Shown here: positions 17,742 through 28,258 of the stretch, in pieces
Layout: each line of letters begins with the position of its first letter
How positions within the stretch are numbered: the stretch's first letter is position 1
DNA from: Nitrososphaeraceae archaeon
GTDB lineage: Archaea > Thermoproteota > Nitrososphaeria > Nitrososphaerales > Nitrososphaeraceae
Reading direction: 5' to 3'
Assembly (NCBI GenBank): GCA_036518375.1
Contig: DATDNG010000189.1
Coordinates: 1-31,653, forward strand
DNA: 31,653 nt
Position numbers and translations under genes: made by a program
Notes under the pieces: generated by a model
Database searches by the model: none
What the model was told of the DNA's origin: nothing
What the model saw: only the letters and a program-made list of their open reading frames with translations

Positions 17742-18467
17742 TTAATCTCCAATACCTTTGGAAGTTATAGTAAAGAGCGCATGCCTTTTTCGTGGAGGTT
17801 GTATCAAACTTGCTCTAAACAGTGATTTTTCCAAACTAATAACTTCAAGTTTTAATTTCATATGTGTATAAATTGAAACTGAAGCTTCCATGAATTCACG
17901 CTGTTGAAATGAATTAGTTATTGTTTTTGTTGTTGTAATATCATGTCCTCCACCTTGATCTATTATTGTTGTTCTGATTGGAACACTTCGAATCATGTTT
18001 GTTATTACTATAGCACAATCAAAATTAATAGCCGTAAGAGACAATCTATGAAGATGTTTCCTCAATACTATGTGTCTTGTGACACCTGTAAATTCATCAG
18101 AAAACAATGATGTCACTGTATCAATTATTGTCAGTCGTGCATTGATATCAGGAATTCTCTTTATTGCATTTATCTGGTCGGCTGTTGAAAGAGCTCTAAC
18201 AAATATGATTTTATTGAGAATATTATTGCTTTTCTCAGTTCCCGCAATTTCAGAAATTCTTTCGGGTCTAAAAGTTCCCACTGTATCAATAAACAATATT
18301 GTATCTTCTTGCCTAGAATATTTAGCATAATTTGCACACAGCATAAAACACAATTGCGATTTGCCTGCTCCACTCTGCCCGAAAATATCGGTAACCATGC
18401 CACTGCGGATTCCACCTCCAAGCAGACGATCAATTGACATGGAACCTGTGTGTATAATTGCTGTCAA
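17742..18467 (-). CDS. RadA/Rad51 paralog lacking the N-terminal domain (RadB/aRadC-like)
   Basis: SIDRLLGGGI, Walker A GQSGAGKSQ, FIDTVGTFRPERI, Walker B IIDT and VITN. Confidence 0.85.
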   Translation of the reverse strand: MTAIIHTGSMSIDRLLGGGIRSGMVTDIFGQSGAGKSQLCFMLCANYAKYSRQEDTILFIDTVGTFRPERISEIAGTEKSNNILNKIIFVRALSTADQINAIKRIPDINARLTIIDTVTSLFSDEFTGVTRHIVLRKHLHRLSLTAINFDCAIVITNMIRSVPIRTTIIDQGGGHDITTTKTITNSFQQREFMEASVSIYTHMKLKLEVISLEKSLFRASLIQPPRKRHALFTITSKGIGD

Positions 18468-18743
18468 TAGCTATAATATAATAATAAACACTTGAATAAA
18501 TTCAATATGTTGTTAAGTAGGGCCGTTACATTAAGACATACAAGAATTGATAAGAATTAGACCAAGCAGCCTCCAACATATAACATATAACAAATGACTA
18601 ATTTATGCATGTGTCATTAAATCCAATACTGAAGAATTTACTAATTTAGGATGTGAAAGCAGTTAAGTTAACAGGATCATTAATAACAAAGGAACCTTTT
18701 TATTGTAGCCATGTTGCTTTGAATTGCAAAGTGATTAATTGAA

Positions 18744-19001
18744 TTGTCATCTTCAACTCCATCACAGCAACAACCAAAACGACCTTTGTCTACGCTACAG
18801 CGCTCACTAAACAGAAAGGTTGCAGTGAGATTGAAGAGTGAAATTGAGTACCGTGGCAGAATGAGTAACGTTGATTCCTATATGAATTTAATTCTTATCG
18901 ATGCCGAAGAGTTTAATGGAGCAGATGTTATAGCAAATTATGGCAAAGTCGTAATTAGAGGTAATAACGTGCTCTTTATAAGACTAGAAAAAGAATTCTA
19001 A
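18744..19001 (+). CDS. Sm/Lsm family RNA-binding protein
   Basis: Sm1 YRGRMSNVDSYMNLIL and Sm2 VVIRGNNV motifs. Confidence 0.92.
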   Translation: MSSSTPSQQQPKRPLSTLQRSLNRKVAVRLKSEIEYRGRMSNVDSYMNLILIDAEEFNGADVIANYGKVVIRGNNVLFIRLEKEF

Positions 19002-19051
19002 TAACAATTAAGTGCATAACTGACGCGTGTGGTGGTAATGGTAGATGAAAA

Positions 19052-20197
19052 ATGGTTAGAAGATTTCTGTTCACCTCGGAAAGCGTTACCGAAGGTCATC
19101 CAGACAAAATGTGTGACCAGATTTCGGATTCAATCTTGGATGAATTCCTTAGGCAAGATCCTGAATCACGTATCGCAGTAGAATCCATGATAACTACAGG
19201 TATTGTATTTGTTGCTGGTGAAGTCACTTCGAAAGGAAAAGTGGATGTTCAAAAACTTGTCCGTGATACTATTTGGGAAATAGGCTACGATAAACCAGAA
19301 TATGGATTTGATTTTAACAGCTGTTCTGTACTGGTATCATTACATGAACAAAGTCCTGACATTTCAATAGGTGTTACTCCCAAAAGTAACAAAGAACAGG
19401 GAGCAGGAGACCAAGGTCTCATGTTTGGATATGCAACAAATGAAACATATGAGTTAATGCCATTGCCAATTACTATGGCTCACAAACTAACTATGAAATT
19501 ATCCGAGGTGAGAAAGAAAAAAGAATTGAGCTGGGTTCGGCCAGATGGTAAGTCACAAGTATCTGTTATATATGAAGATTGTAAACCAAAAGGAATTGAC
19601 ACAGTTGTAATCTCCACACAACATACACCAGATATAAGTTTGAGTCAATTGAGAGATGAGATTATTGACAATGTGATAAAACCAGTTTGTAATGACTGGA
19701 TTAATGATAAAACCAAATTCCTTGTTAATCCTACGGGCAGATTTGTAATTGGTGGACCACCAGGTGATACTGGTCTAACTGGCAGAAAAATTATTGCAGA
19801 TACTTATGGAGGCATGGGAAGACATGGCGGCGGCGCTTTTTCTGGAAAGGATCCATCAAAAGTGGATAGGTCTGCATGTTATATGGCTAGATATGTAGCC
19901 AAGAATATTGTTGCAGCAGGATTGGCAGACAAATGTGAAGTACAAATTGCATATGCCATCGGCGTAGCAGAGCCTGTCTCTATAATGGTGGACACTTTTG
20001 GAACAGGCAAGGTAGTCGAGGAAACGATTGAAGACAAAGTGGGAAAGAGCTTCGATATGAGGCCAGCAGGAATTATTAAAATGCTTGATTTAAAAAGACC
20101 AATATACAAAAGAACTGCAGCATATGGCCATTTCGGTAGAAATGAACCCTCATTTACATGGGAAAAGATAGACAAGGTTTCTTCATTACTTATGTAG
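19052..20197 (+). CDS. metK: S-adenosylmethionine synthetase, bacterial/eukaryotic type
   Basis: [50 protein letters not shown] and AYGHFGR. Confidence 0.97.
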   Translation: MVRRFLFTSESVTEGHPDKMCDQISDSILDEFLRQDPESRIAVESMITTGIVFVAGEVTSKGKVDVQKLVRDTIWEIGYDKPEYGFDFNSCSVLVSLHEQSPDISIGVTPKSNKEQGAGDQGLMFGYATNETYELMPLPITMAHKLTMKLSEVRKKKELSWVRPDGKSQVSVIYEDCKPKGIDTVVISTQHTPDISLSQLRDEIIDNVIKPVCNDWINDKTKFLVNPTGRFVIGGPPGDTGLTGRKIIADTYGGMGRHGGGAFSGKDPSKVDRSACYMARYVAKNIVAAGLADKCEVQIAYAIGVAEPVSIMVDTFGTGKVVEETIEDKVGKSFDMRPAGIIKMLDLKRPIYKRTAAYGHFGRNEPSFTWEKIDKVSSLLM

Positions 20198-21071
20198 ATA
20201 TCGCCATAACTTCACTTATTGCTTCATTTATATCTTTTCCTAAACCAAACCTCCGGTTAAAGAATTTTACAATATTATAGACATCTCTTTTTATTAGATC
20301 ATCCGCATTAGGATGTCTTCTTGACACAGCCTGCGGCCAGTCAATAATCCATGTATTATTCCCACTATCTACTAATATATTATATTCGCTCAGGTCGCAG
20401 TTAATAACATTATGTTTATAAGCTATTCCTATATCATGCAGAATATTCTGTAAAGTTATTTTTGGCGCCTCAAGTTCCCTAATATCTGCAAGTCTCAGTC
20501 CATCTATTCTATTCATTACAACACAATGCATGGCACGATAATATAATATCGGAATTCTTATCCCTGTATGAACTAATTGATTAAGCGTATCATATTCTTT
20601 CTTGGCTGCATCTATGTTAATCAGCAACCAATGATGAGTACTATGGTTACTAGCAAATGTTCTTTTTCGCCTTGCTTCTCTGAAACTAATTCTACCAATT
20701 CGAAAAAATTTAAGTATACGTTCATCTTCTATGTGTGCAATAGCTTCAAATACATCTGATTCTTTACCAATACCAAGAGGCTTCCCTACTCCAATGATGA
20801 TGTCATCATCAGCAAGTATTCTTAGTGCAATTGCATCGAGGCCCGTCATAAGTAAAGAATATCCTCTTTCGTTTCTCCCAATAAGCTTCATACTATGCAA
20901 TCGACTAATTCGGAAGTTGACAACATTTTCATGCATTTTTGAATAGGACCTTACCTCATCTCTAGTAAGTGATTCATGTTGCTTGAGACCTGAAGCAAAA
21001 ACTTTGAGCAACTTATAGTCTTCACGTTCCAAGCTCTTAACTACTTTAGCTGCAACTTCTGTAGACGACAT
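20190..21071 (-). CDS. rio2: RIO2-type atypical protein kinase (N-terminal wHTH)
   Basis: N-terminal w[32 protein letters not shown] and IIDWPQ. Confidence 0.9.
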   Translation of the reverse strand: MSSTEVAAKVVKSLEREDYKLLKVFASGLKQHESLTRDEVRSYSKMHENVVNFRISRLHSMKLIGRNERGYSLLMTGLDAIALRILADDDIIIGVGKPLGIGKESDVFEAIAHIEDERILKFFRIGRISFREARRKRTFASNHSTHHWLLINIDAAKKEYDTLNQLVHTGIRIPILYYRAMHCVVMNRIDGLRLADIRELEAPKITLQNILHDIGIAYKHNVINCDLSEYNILVDSGNNTWIIDWPQAVSRRHPNADDLIKRDVYNIVKFFNRRFGLGKDINEAISEVMAIST

Positions 21072-21308
21072 ATCAGTAGTTCTAACTATTTATACTATTA
21101 AATTAAATGGAGTCTGAAGGCAGGAATATTTGAGCGAATATTCTTGCTCTGGTCAACATTGGAACATTAGCAACGTATTATTCAACTAAAAAGAATGGGT
21201 AGATATGAAGAGGTGGCCAAGGTTGTTATATGTATTGCAAGTAATAGCTTTATTTCGTGACAGAGGATATAATATCATTGTAATAAATTATGGCACGATT
21301 ATTGAAAT

Positions 21309-22511
21309 ATGGAGCTGTATTTGATGATCTATGAAGAAAGCAAAGATGAGGAGGATAAGGAACAAGATCTAAAAGTAGCTGAGCAGGAACAAGAACTTCC
21401 TGCCGATGTTGAAGAAAAGAAAAGAAGAGGCATACTAAAAACAGGATATACCACAGGTACTTCTGCAACTGCTGCAACAAAGGCAGCACTTTTGGCTTTA
21501 ATTTCAGGTAAGGCTGTTGATAGCATTATTGTTTCCCTACCAAAAGAAAAAACTGCTGAGTTAAAAGTCGCATGGACAAAAATTGAAAGAAGTAATTCTT
21601 CTACATCTGCGGTTATCAAAAATGCTGGTGATGATCCAGATATAACTCATGGTGCCGAGATTTGTTCTACTGTTTCATTTACTACTCAAACCGGCAAGAT
21701 TGTAATAGATGGTGGTATAGGAGTTGGCCGGGTAACAAAACCAGGTCTAGGTTTAGAAATTGGTAAAGCTGCAATCAATCCGGTGCCTATAAAAATGATA
21801 GAACAGGCTGTTATAGAGGTAGCTATTGAACAATTGAAATATCGAGGCGTTAGTGTAGTTATTTGGGTTCCAGCTGGAGAAGAACTTACAAAAAAGACTG
21901 ATAATTCTAGACTAGGCATAATCGGTGGCATTTCAATACTTGGCACTACTGGAATTGTTTTGCCGTATTCTACTGCATCATTTGCAGCATCAATCAGACA
22001 GAGTCTTGATGTAGCAATTGCAATGGGCACAGATACAGTTGTGCTTACTACTGGTGGACGGAGCGAAGATTTTGCTAAAGATCTGTTTGGAAAATCACTG
22101 CCCGATCACTCATTCGTCCAAATGGGTGATTTTGTTGGTTATGCTATAAAGCAATGTGCCAATAAAAAGATTCATAAGGCTATAATAGCAGGATTCATCG
22201 GAAAAATAACAAAAATGGCGATGGGAATTAAGCAAACTCATGTCAAAGGTTCACATGTCAATATGGAATTTATGGCAGTGGTTGCCTCAGAATGCAATTC
22301 TCCTTTAGGGGTACTAGAAGAAATAAAAGGAGCAAATACTGCTAGACATGTTTCAGAAATAATAAATAAAAACAACATTTCTGGATTTTTTGATATATTA
22401 TGTAAGAGAGTGTATGAGTGGATGCATGAATATTCTAAAGGTGAACTAAAATTAGAGATAATTATGTTCGATTTTGACGGTCAGGTATGCGGCCGATATG
22501 ATGGGAAGTAG
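21309..22511 (+). CDS. cbiD: Cobalt-precorrin-5B C1-methyltransferase
   Basis: LKTGYTTGTSATAA, KNAGDDPDITHG, GVGRVTKPGL, GGISILGTTGIV and TTGGRSE. Exact start uncertain. Confidence 0.95.
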   Translation: MELYLMIYEESKDEEDKEQDLKVAEQEQELPADVEEKKRRGILKTGYTTGTSATAATKAALLALISGKAVDSIIVSLPKEKTAELKVAWTKIERSNSSTSAVIKNAGDDPDITHGAEICSTVSFTTQTGKIVIDGGIGVGRVTKPGLGLEIGKAAINPVPIKMIEQAVIEVAIEQLKYRGVSVVIWVPAGEELTKKTDNSRLGIIGGISILGTTGIVLPYSTASFAASIRQSLDVAIAMGTDTVVLTTGGRSEDFAKDLFGKSLPDHSFVQMGDFVGYAIKQCANKKIHKAIIAGFIGKITKMAMGIKQTHVKGSHVNMEFMAVVASECNSPLGVLEEIKGANTARHVSEIINKNNISGFFDILCKRVYEWMHEYSKGELKLEIIMFDFDGQVCGRYDGK

Positions 22512-23008
22512 CATAATATCTATTTTATGACTTTTGAATTAGACGGTGAACAATATAGTATTTAAGTGCGGTAAAGAGTAAATGAAGGTATAATGAAAAT
22601 TATTTGATTCTAAAATCATTATTTTAATGAGGAATTTATAGTCAATCAACATTAATGTATATTTACATTAATACTCAAGGCATTTTGACAATTTTGAAAG
22701 ACTGTTGGGAGAATCCAATGATTCATCGTTAACTATAACTGACATCTTTCTCCTTTGGAGCTACCGAGATCTTCTTGACGCAGTAATCAATATTATAGTA
22801 TCTACATCTCTAGATATTGACAATAACCTCTACCTTTGATTTCCAGATACAGTACAAGACCACGTAATAGATCTAAAATTTTATACTCATTAGCAATAAG
22901 TATGAATATATACTCAGCTATGTAAACTTAAATTGTCCACTTCTATCCTATCCTTTACTTTACATGTCAATATATCCAGGGATGAATTTCCAACCATAAA
23001 ATTGAAGT

Positions 23009-23530
23009 CTAATTCTTTGTTTTATTTTTGATATATTTCTCGTACATATAAAGAGCCGTTTCTTGCCGATCCGATTGGATAGATCCAGGGCGCATATTCC
23101 TTATTTCCTCGATGGCTCGATTAGCTATCAAATTCTCTTTTTTTATAAGATATGCAGCTAATATTGTTCCTGTTCTTCCTCTACCTGCCGCACAGTGAAC
23201 CATAACTGGTTTTTTATTAGATATTTGTTGTTCGATATAATCAATTGTATTATCCATCCCTTCAAGAGAAGGAGCACCGTAATCTTCCACTCTTAAATGG
23301 AAATAATCAACACTAGCACCATTATCATTAGAAAACCATTTTGACGGTAATGGCACTTCTCTTACAGTAACTATAGTTTTGATACCATGTGCCATTACCC
23401 ATAAGAATTGGGAATAACTCATAGGCATGCCACTTCCAGCAAGTTTACCTTCAATAACCCAGCTGAAATTTGTGGGCCTGTTTACCATACGTCCATATAA
23501 CCATCGATAAGTATTACCAATTTTAGTCAT
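23009..23530 (-). CDS. Dual-specificity (CX5R) protein/lipid phosphatase
   Basis: VMVHCAAGRGRTGT P-loop, EDYGAP acid loop and RPGSIQ. Confidence 0.9.
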   Translation of the reverse strand: MTKIGNTYRWLYGRMVNRPTNFSWVIEGKLAGSGMPMSYSQFLWVMAHGIKTIVTVREVPLPSKWFSNDNGASVDYFHLRVEDYGAPSLEGMDNTIDYIEQQISNKKPVMVHCAAGRGRTGTILAAYLIKKENLIANRAIEEIRNMRPGSIQSDRQETALYMYEKYIKNKTKN

Positions 23531-23661
23531 CAGATATCACTACCAGTTAATAAAATTGCAGTACAATATATTAATATACATATATTCAACAACATATCTA
23601 AAATATGGTAGGCTTCCGTCGACTTAAGTTTTTAATTATACACATTGGTGTATAAAGTATA

Positions 23662-24144
23662 TTGATAGAATGGAATGAGGAGATTAAAGTCCATCTAGTC
23701 TGGGTATGGGGTGGAGAAGAAGGTTTTATGAAAAGAGGCAAGGAAGGCATGCTAGCTGTTACTGATAGACGTATCGCTTTCATTACAAAAACAAATATGT
23801 CTTATCGAATACATGAAGTGCACTCTTTAAGACAATTTAACAGATTTAGAGAAGGCGAAAATGTGTTCCGACCTTTGGAAGGATATAAAGCAAAGGATTT
23901 AGAAGATGATCTTAATAAATCAGATGAAAATCTTGAAATTCCGTTTAACCAGATTTTAGATGTTACCTCAGAAATAAAACGCTGGGCTACATTACTAAAA
24001 GTCAAGGTTAATCTTGGCGATAAATTAAAAGCCTATAAGTTTTCAATTGTTAAAGGCTGGGTAAAGTATCCCGCAAAAGATCCGATTGAATTCCAGCACG
24101 TGGATTGGACTCCTCTTATTAACCTTGTTAAAGCTTTAAGCTAG
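23662..24144 (+). CDS. Hypothetical protein, possibly PH/GRAM-like fold
   Basis: 160-aa ORF. GMLAVTDRRIAF resembles the G-x-L-x-LT-x2-R-L-x-F pattern of PH-like domains (inference). Confidence 0.6.
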   Translation: MIEWNEEIKVHLVWVWGGEEGFMKRGKEGMLAVTDRRIAFITKTNMSYRIHEVHSLRQFNRFREGENVFRPLEGYKAKDLEDDLNKSDENLEIPFNQILDVTSEIKRWATLLKVKVNLGDKLKAYKFSIVKGWVKYPAKDPIEFQHVDWTPLINLVKALS

Positions 24145-24256
24145 AAATTATTTTTATAAATCCACCTTCTTAAGTTTTCAGATCCTTCTCACTCTTAATA
24201 CATTCCAAGGTTAAAGCAAGTATTTGGTCGTTATTAAAATGACATGTTTTTTGTTA

Positions 24257-24415
24257 TTAACATATTCCACATGTGAATTTTGTAAAAGGTCTACAATTTC
24301 TACATGTTGTGTAAAAATAGTCTTCATAATCCCAGTAATATAGACGGCAACATTGGTTGCAAGTGGCTATTTGGTACCAGGTCATAGCCTCTATACTGCA
24401 AGAGCAGTGATTCAT
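24257..24415 (-). CDS. 52-aa cysteine-rich putative metal-binding microprotein
   Basis: MNHCSCSIEAMTWYQIATCNQCCRLYYWDYEDYFYTTCRNCRPFTKFTCGIC*, with 9 Cys and three CxxC. AT-rich promoter-like sequence upstream. Confidence 0.4.
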   Translation of the reverse strand: MNHCSCSIEAMTWYQIATCNQCCRLYYWDYEDYFYTTCRNCRPFTKFTCGIC

Positions 24416-24563
24416 TCTTAAACGATTCATGCATGAAAAAATAATCCTTTCAAATTATTATTAAAGTATTTTCTTTTAAGATGTAGTTAATAAATAGCAA
24501 CACACTATGGATAACATGTACATTGAAAGTTCAATTTCGATCAAAAAATATATAACAGATGTA

Positions 24564-25088
24564 TTAGTATTGTCTACTAAATTGTTGTATTAGCTGCCAT
24601 TCAATTATAGCCCCGGCAAACAAGACTACAACAACGATTCCGACCTCTACAAGAGTATGAATAACATATTCCTTCCATGGTTTTTTCTTTGCAAGTTGGT
24701 AAATAAGCATACCACTTCTAGAAATAGCTAGGCCGTAAGCAAAAACTTCCATAATTCCAAATGGTGTGAGCAGAATTACTAGAGGTGGAACATGACTAAG
24801 AAAAGGAGAGGTTTCTGCCATTGCACTGAATACCATACCCGTTGAAAAACCAGAAAATATTCCTATCCCTGTACCTATTGCTGGGATAAACATTCCGAGT
24901 GCAACTTTGACATTGTTGATAAAAATTCCATTTTGATCAATACCTACAATTTGTTTAGCAAATTGGCCTTTTAGCTCTTCTGCTTCTTTCTTGCTCATAC
25001 TAATCATTGCGCCAGCAGAGTATGCAATTAGAAATGCAACTGCGCCAAATGCCAAATATAGAAGGCGTCCTTTGATATTAAAATGCAA
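24564..25088 (-). CDS. Stage II sporulation protein M (SpoIIM)-family membrane protein
   Basis: IFINNVKVALGM, LLTPFGIMEVFAY and GAIIE pattern; several TM helices. Confidence 0.75.
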   Translation of the reverse strand: MHFNIKGRLLYLAFGAVAFLIAYSAGAMISMSKKEAEELKGQFAKQIVGIDQNGIFINNVKVALGMFIPAIGTGIGIFSGFSTGMVFSAMAETSPFLSHVPPLVILLTPFGIMEVFAYGLAISRSGMLIYQLAKKKPWKEYVIHTLVEVGIVVVVLFAGAIIEWQLIQQFSRQY

Positions 25089-25181
25089 TGTATCAATTAT
25101 TAAATTTATATTCTATAATAATTTTGTCCATAACAGAAATGTAATTAAATATGATATCTACAAAGGAAAATAATCATCACC

Positions 25182-26726
25182 TTGGCTTTGCAGAGAGAAA
25201 TTTCTAACGCCCTTTCCTATGCCACTAGCATGGGTTATCAAATTCATCCTGACGCTTTTTCAATGCTGAAGGGTCTTGATATCGACATTTTAAAGATTAT
25301 ACAGGACATTATCAAAAGGAAAATCAAACAAAAGGAAAATTCCCTTATTGTAGTAGAGGATATCAAGATCCACATTAATCCAGAAAACAAATTTGATGTT
25401 GATGTAATTAACATCAACGGCGCCGGGACTTCTGCTGTCACTTCTTTTACTGAACAGAATTTTCATAAAGTAATTTTAGATCCAACTCCAAACGTTAACA
25501 CTGGAGAAGGTATTGAAGGTTATACTGCACTTTTCCGTAGTAGGTTTGAAAAGTCACTTCGCATATTAGCATTACGCCCAGAGAGTAAGCGAATTACAAA
25601 AATTGCTTCTATAAAACAGAGCGTAAATAATGCAAAGAAAGGTAAATCGCATTATGTTGAAGGGAATTCGATTACGAATTCTTCTATAATAGCTGGTTTG
25701 CTAATGTACAAGCATTCAAGGAAGAATGGATTAGAGATGATAATTGATGATCACAGCGGAACATTAAGCGCGCTCGCCAATACTGAAGAATTAAAGAAAC
25801 AAGCTTCTATGATTCCTCTTGACCAAATGGTCATGTTAGAAGTTGAGCGTAATATGAAGGGAATTCAAGGTTTCATTATAAAGAATCTGGTTTCACCAGA
25901 TATTCCTGATCACCTCCCAAATAGATCAAAACATGAATCTTATGCAGTTTTAATTTCTGATCTTCATGTTGGCAGCAAATATTTCATGGAAGCTGAATTT
26001 ATTAGATTTTTAAATTGGCTTTCATCAACCGATGATGAAATTGTAAATAAGATCAGATTTATGTGTATTGGAGGGGATTTAATTGATGGAACAGGCATAT
26101 TTCCTAATCAAGATAAGGAATTACTTGAAATCAATACTACCAGGCAGATGATGCATGTTATGGATTTGCTTGCTAAAATTCCTATGCATATCAAGGTCTT
26201 TGTAATTCCTGGTAACCATGACCTAGGAAGAAGGGCTCTGCCTCAACCATCGCTACCAAAAAAGGATTTCGATAAATTATACTCTTTTGGAAATTTTACA
26301 ATGCTTGGAAACCCTAGCTTAGTAGAATTAGATGGTGTAAAAGTATTGATGTATCATGGACAGAGTTTAGATGATATTATTGCCACGGCTCCAGGTCTAA
26401 GTTATTCAAAGCCAGCAGAGGCAATGAAAGTATTGCTCAAAGCCCGACATTTGTCGCCAATATATGGACAACGTACACCTTTAGCACCAGAGAAAGAAGA
26501 TATGATGGTAATTACTGAGATCCCAGATATATTCCATTCAGGACACGTTCATATCATAGATGTTGAAAATTATCGCGGAACATTAGTGGTTAATTCAGGT
26601 GCATGGCAGGAACAAACTAAATTTCAACAGACTATGGGTATTGTACCAACTCCCGGAATAGCAATTCTAATTAACTTGGCTACCCTTCAGCCATTTCAGC
26701 TGGATTTCAATCAATTATCAATATAA
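25182..26726 (+). CDS. DNA polymerase D small (proofreading) subunit DP1
   Basis: Mre11-like phosphoesterase motifs ISDLHVGS, GGDLIDG, PGNHD, YHG and SGHVH. Also NSGAWQEQTKFQ and an OB-fold region. Confidence 0.95.
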   Translation: MALQREISNALSYATSMGYQIHPDAFSMLKGLDIDILKIIQDIIKRKIKQKENSLIVVEDIKIHINPENKFDVDVININGAGTSAVTSFTEQNFHKVILDPTPNVNTGEGIEGYTALFRSRFEKSLRILALRPESKRITKIASIKQSVNNAKKGKSHYVEGNSITNSSIIAGLLMYKHSRKNGLEMIIDDHSGTLSALANTEELKKQASMIPLDQMVMLEVERNMKGIQGFIIKNLVSPDIPDHLPNRSKHESYAVLISDLHVGSKYFMEAEFIRFLNWLSSTDDEIVNKIRFMCIGGDLIDGTGIFPNQDKELLEINTTRQMMHVMDLLAKIPMHIKVFVIPGNHDLGRRALPQPSLPKKDFDKLYSFGNFTMLGNPSLVELDGVKVLMYHGQSLDDIIATAPGLSYSKPAEAMKVLLKARHLSPIYGQRTPLAPEKEDMMVITEIPDIFHSGHVHIIDVENYRGTLVVNSGAWQEQTKFQQTMGIVPTPGIAILINLATLQPFQLDFNQLSI

Positions 26727-27928
26727 TGCAAAAGGATTGGATCATCTTTTAATGCTTCTTTAATAGTTAAAGTTGGAATTGTAATCTTGATTCTCTGTGA
26801 TCTACCATATCGCCCCTGACTCACTACATTGCTTGTTATCAGACCGAGTTGATCAAGTTCACTTATTATTTGTGTTATACGACGTTGTGTAAGAGGTTCT
26901 TGCTCACTAAGTGAACATAACGACGAATAAATTTCGTACACCTCACCAGTATTTCCATTCTTTGATTTAGTTATCGCCAGTATCACTAGCTTAGTATGGG
27001 CAGTAGAATTTTTTAGAACTTCATAATTTGTATCCTTTTCAATTTTTTCTTGAGCTAATCTAATGTGTTTTTCTTCGACTTTAGAAACTCTTTCCCTCTC
27101 AGCAATTTCGGCGGCGACTCTTAATAAATCAATTGCTCTCCTTGCATCACCATTTTCCTTCCCAGCCATTGCCGCACATAGATTTATTGCCGCATCAGAT
27201 ACTACCTCGTCGTTAAATGCAAGCTTAGCTCTATCTGATAGGATCTTCTGTAATTGTTCTATTGTATATGGATTAAACACCATTTCTTCTTCGCTTAAGC
27301 TACTTCGAACACGAGGATCAAGTTTATCTTTAAACGTAAGGCTGTTAGATATCCCAATTAGGCTGATAAAGCCTCCTTCAGAGATTCGCTCATTTGCCCT
27401 CGTAAAATTATATAAGATATCATCACCATTTTTATCTACTAGCGAATCAATTTCATCCATTACTAAAATAACATAAAACTTTTTCTTTTGAATGAAATCA
27501 AGAATTCTATCTGTAGCTTCGCCCATAGACAGCCCAGTAAAATGTACGTGTAATTTTTTTTCTCCTTTATTAATACCCATATCCTTAGCAATTTCATAAA
27601 GGACTTTGTAAGCGGTATTTGCAGTTTTTGTATTGACAAATGGTACTATTACTTCTATCCCAAGTTCCCGGGCCTTTTTGTGTAAGCGTTCAATTACGTT
27701 TTTAGCCACTGCTGTTTTTCCAGTACCGGGCTTACCAAATAATAAAAGATTAGACGGTCGTGCTTTCCTTAAAACTACAGATAATGCCTGTGCAATTGTT
27801 TTAGTCTCCTCATCTCTAAATGGAAGCTTTTCAGGTACATAGTCTATTGTCAATGTCCGGCGATTTTTGACCAGTGCTTTTCCAACAGCAGCTTTTTCAA
27901 AAATATTGTCAAGCAAATCATCACTCAA
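26711..27928 (-). CDS. cdc6: Orc1/Cdc6 replication initiator
   Basis: YVPEKLPFRDEE, Walker A GKPGTGKT, Walker B MDEID, RVRSSL, GDARRAIDLLR and C-terminal wHTH (RRITQIISEL, GRYG). Confidence 0.97.
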   Translation of the reverse strand: MSDDLLDNIFEKAAVGKALVKNRRTLTIDYVPEKLPFRDEETKTIAQALSVVLRKARPSNLLLFGKPGTGKTAVAKNVIERLHKKARELGIEVIVPFVNTKTANTAYKVLYEIAKDMGINKGEKKLHVHFTGLSMGEATDRILDFIQKKKFYVILVMDEIDSLVDKNGDDILYNFTRANERISEGGFISLIGISNSLTFKDKLDPRVRSSLSEEEMVFNPYTIEQLQKILSDRAKLAFNDEVVSDAAINLCAAMAGKENGDARRAIDLLRVAAEIAERERVSKVEEKHIRLAQEKIEKDTNYEVLKNSTAHTKLVILAITKSKNGNTGEVYEIYSSLCSLSEQEPLTQRRITQIISELDQLGLITSNVVSQGRYGRSQRIKITIPTLTIKEALKDDPILLHYIDN

Positions 27929-27961
27929 CTCAAATCACTCTTAATAAGTGGATCACTCCAC

Positions 27962-27975
27962 ACCCCTATCTTTCC
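27962..27975 (-). promoter_or_regulatory. Mini-ORB-like site in the cdc6 promoter
   Basis: Minus strand GGAAAGATAGGGGT matches 12 of 14 positions of the ORB GGAAATGTAGGGGT, 34 nt upstream of the cdc6 TTG. Confidence 0.55.
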
Positions 27976-28099
27976 TATCCAGCATAATATACTTTTATGA
28001 TAACAAGATGTTAACAATTTGTTTTTAAACATTAAAATCAATAAATATTGATTATCATATAAAATTTTTAAATATTAAATATTCGGTTACGAGTAGCAA

Positions 28100-28120
28100 T
28101 TCCATACGAAACTGTGGGGT
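28100..28120 (+). promoter_or_regulatory. ORB-like element (inverted relative to the other ORBs)
   Basis: TTCCATACGAAACTGTGGGGT: TCCA-n3-GAAA core plus G-string. Confidence 0.7.
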
Positions 28121-28198
28121 GAGCGTTCCGATTAATATATTCGGGTATTAACAATTTGTTAACAAATTTGATGGTAATATAGAAAAGAGGAAGAAATA

Positions 28199-28220
28199 GG
28201 ACCCCTACATTTCCACTGGA
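28199..28220 (-). promoter_or_regulatory. Origin recognition box (ORB)
   Basis: Minus strand TCCAGTGGAAATGTAGGGGTCC matches the archaeal ORB consensus. Identical copy 60 bp downstream. Confidence 0.9.
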
Positions 28221-28258
28221 CTGTTAACTAATCGTTAACATTGTTAACAAGCGATATT

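Noticed and set aside
22690-22850. Faint P-II-like fragments on the minus strand (EIKGRG; KVEVIVN..DVDTII)
   Set aside because: The fragments are in inconsistent frames and spacing; not supportable without a frameshift-aware profile search.
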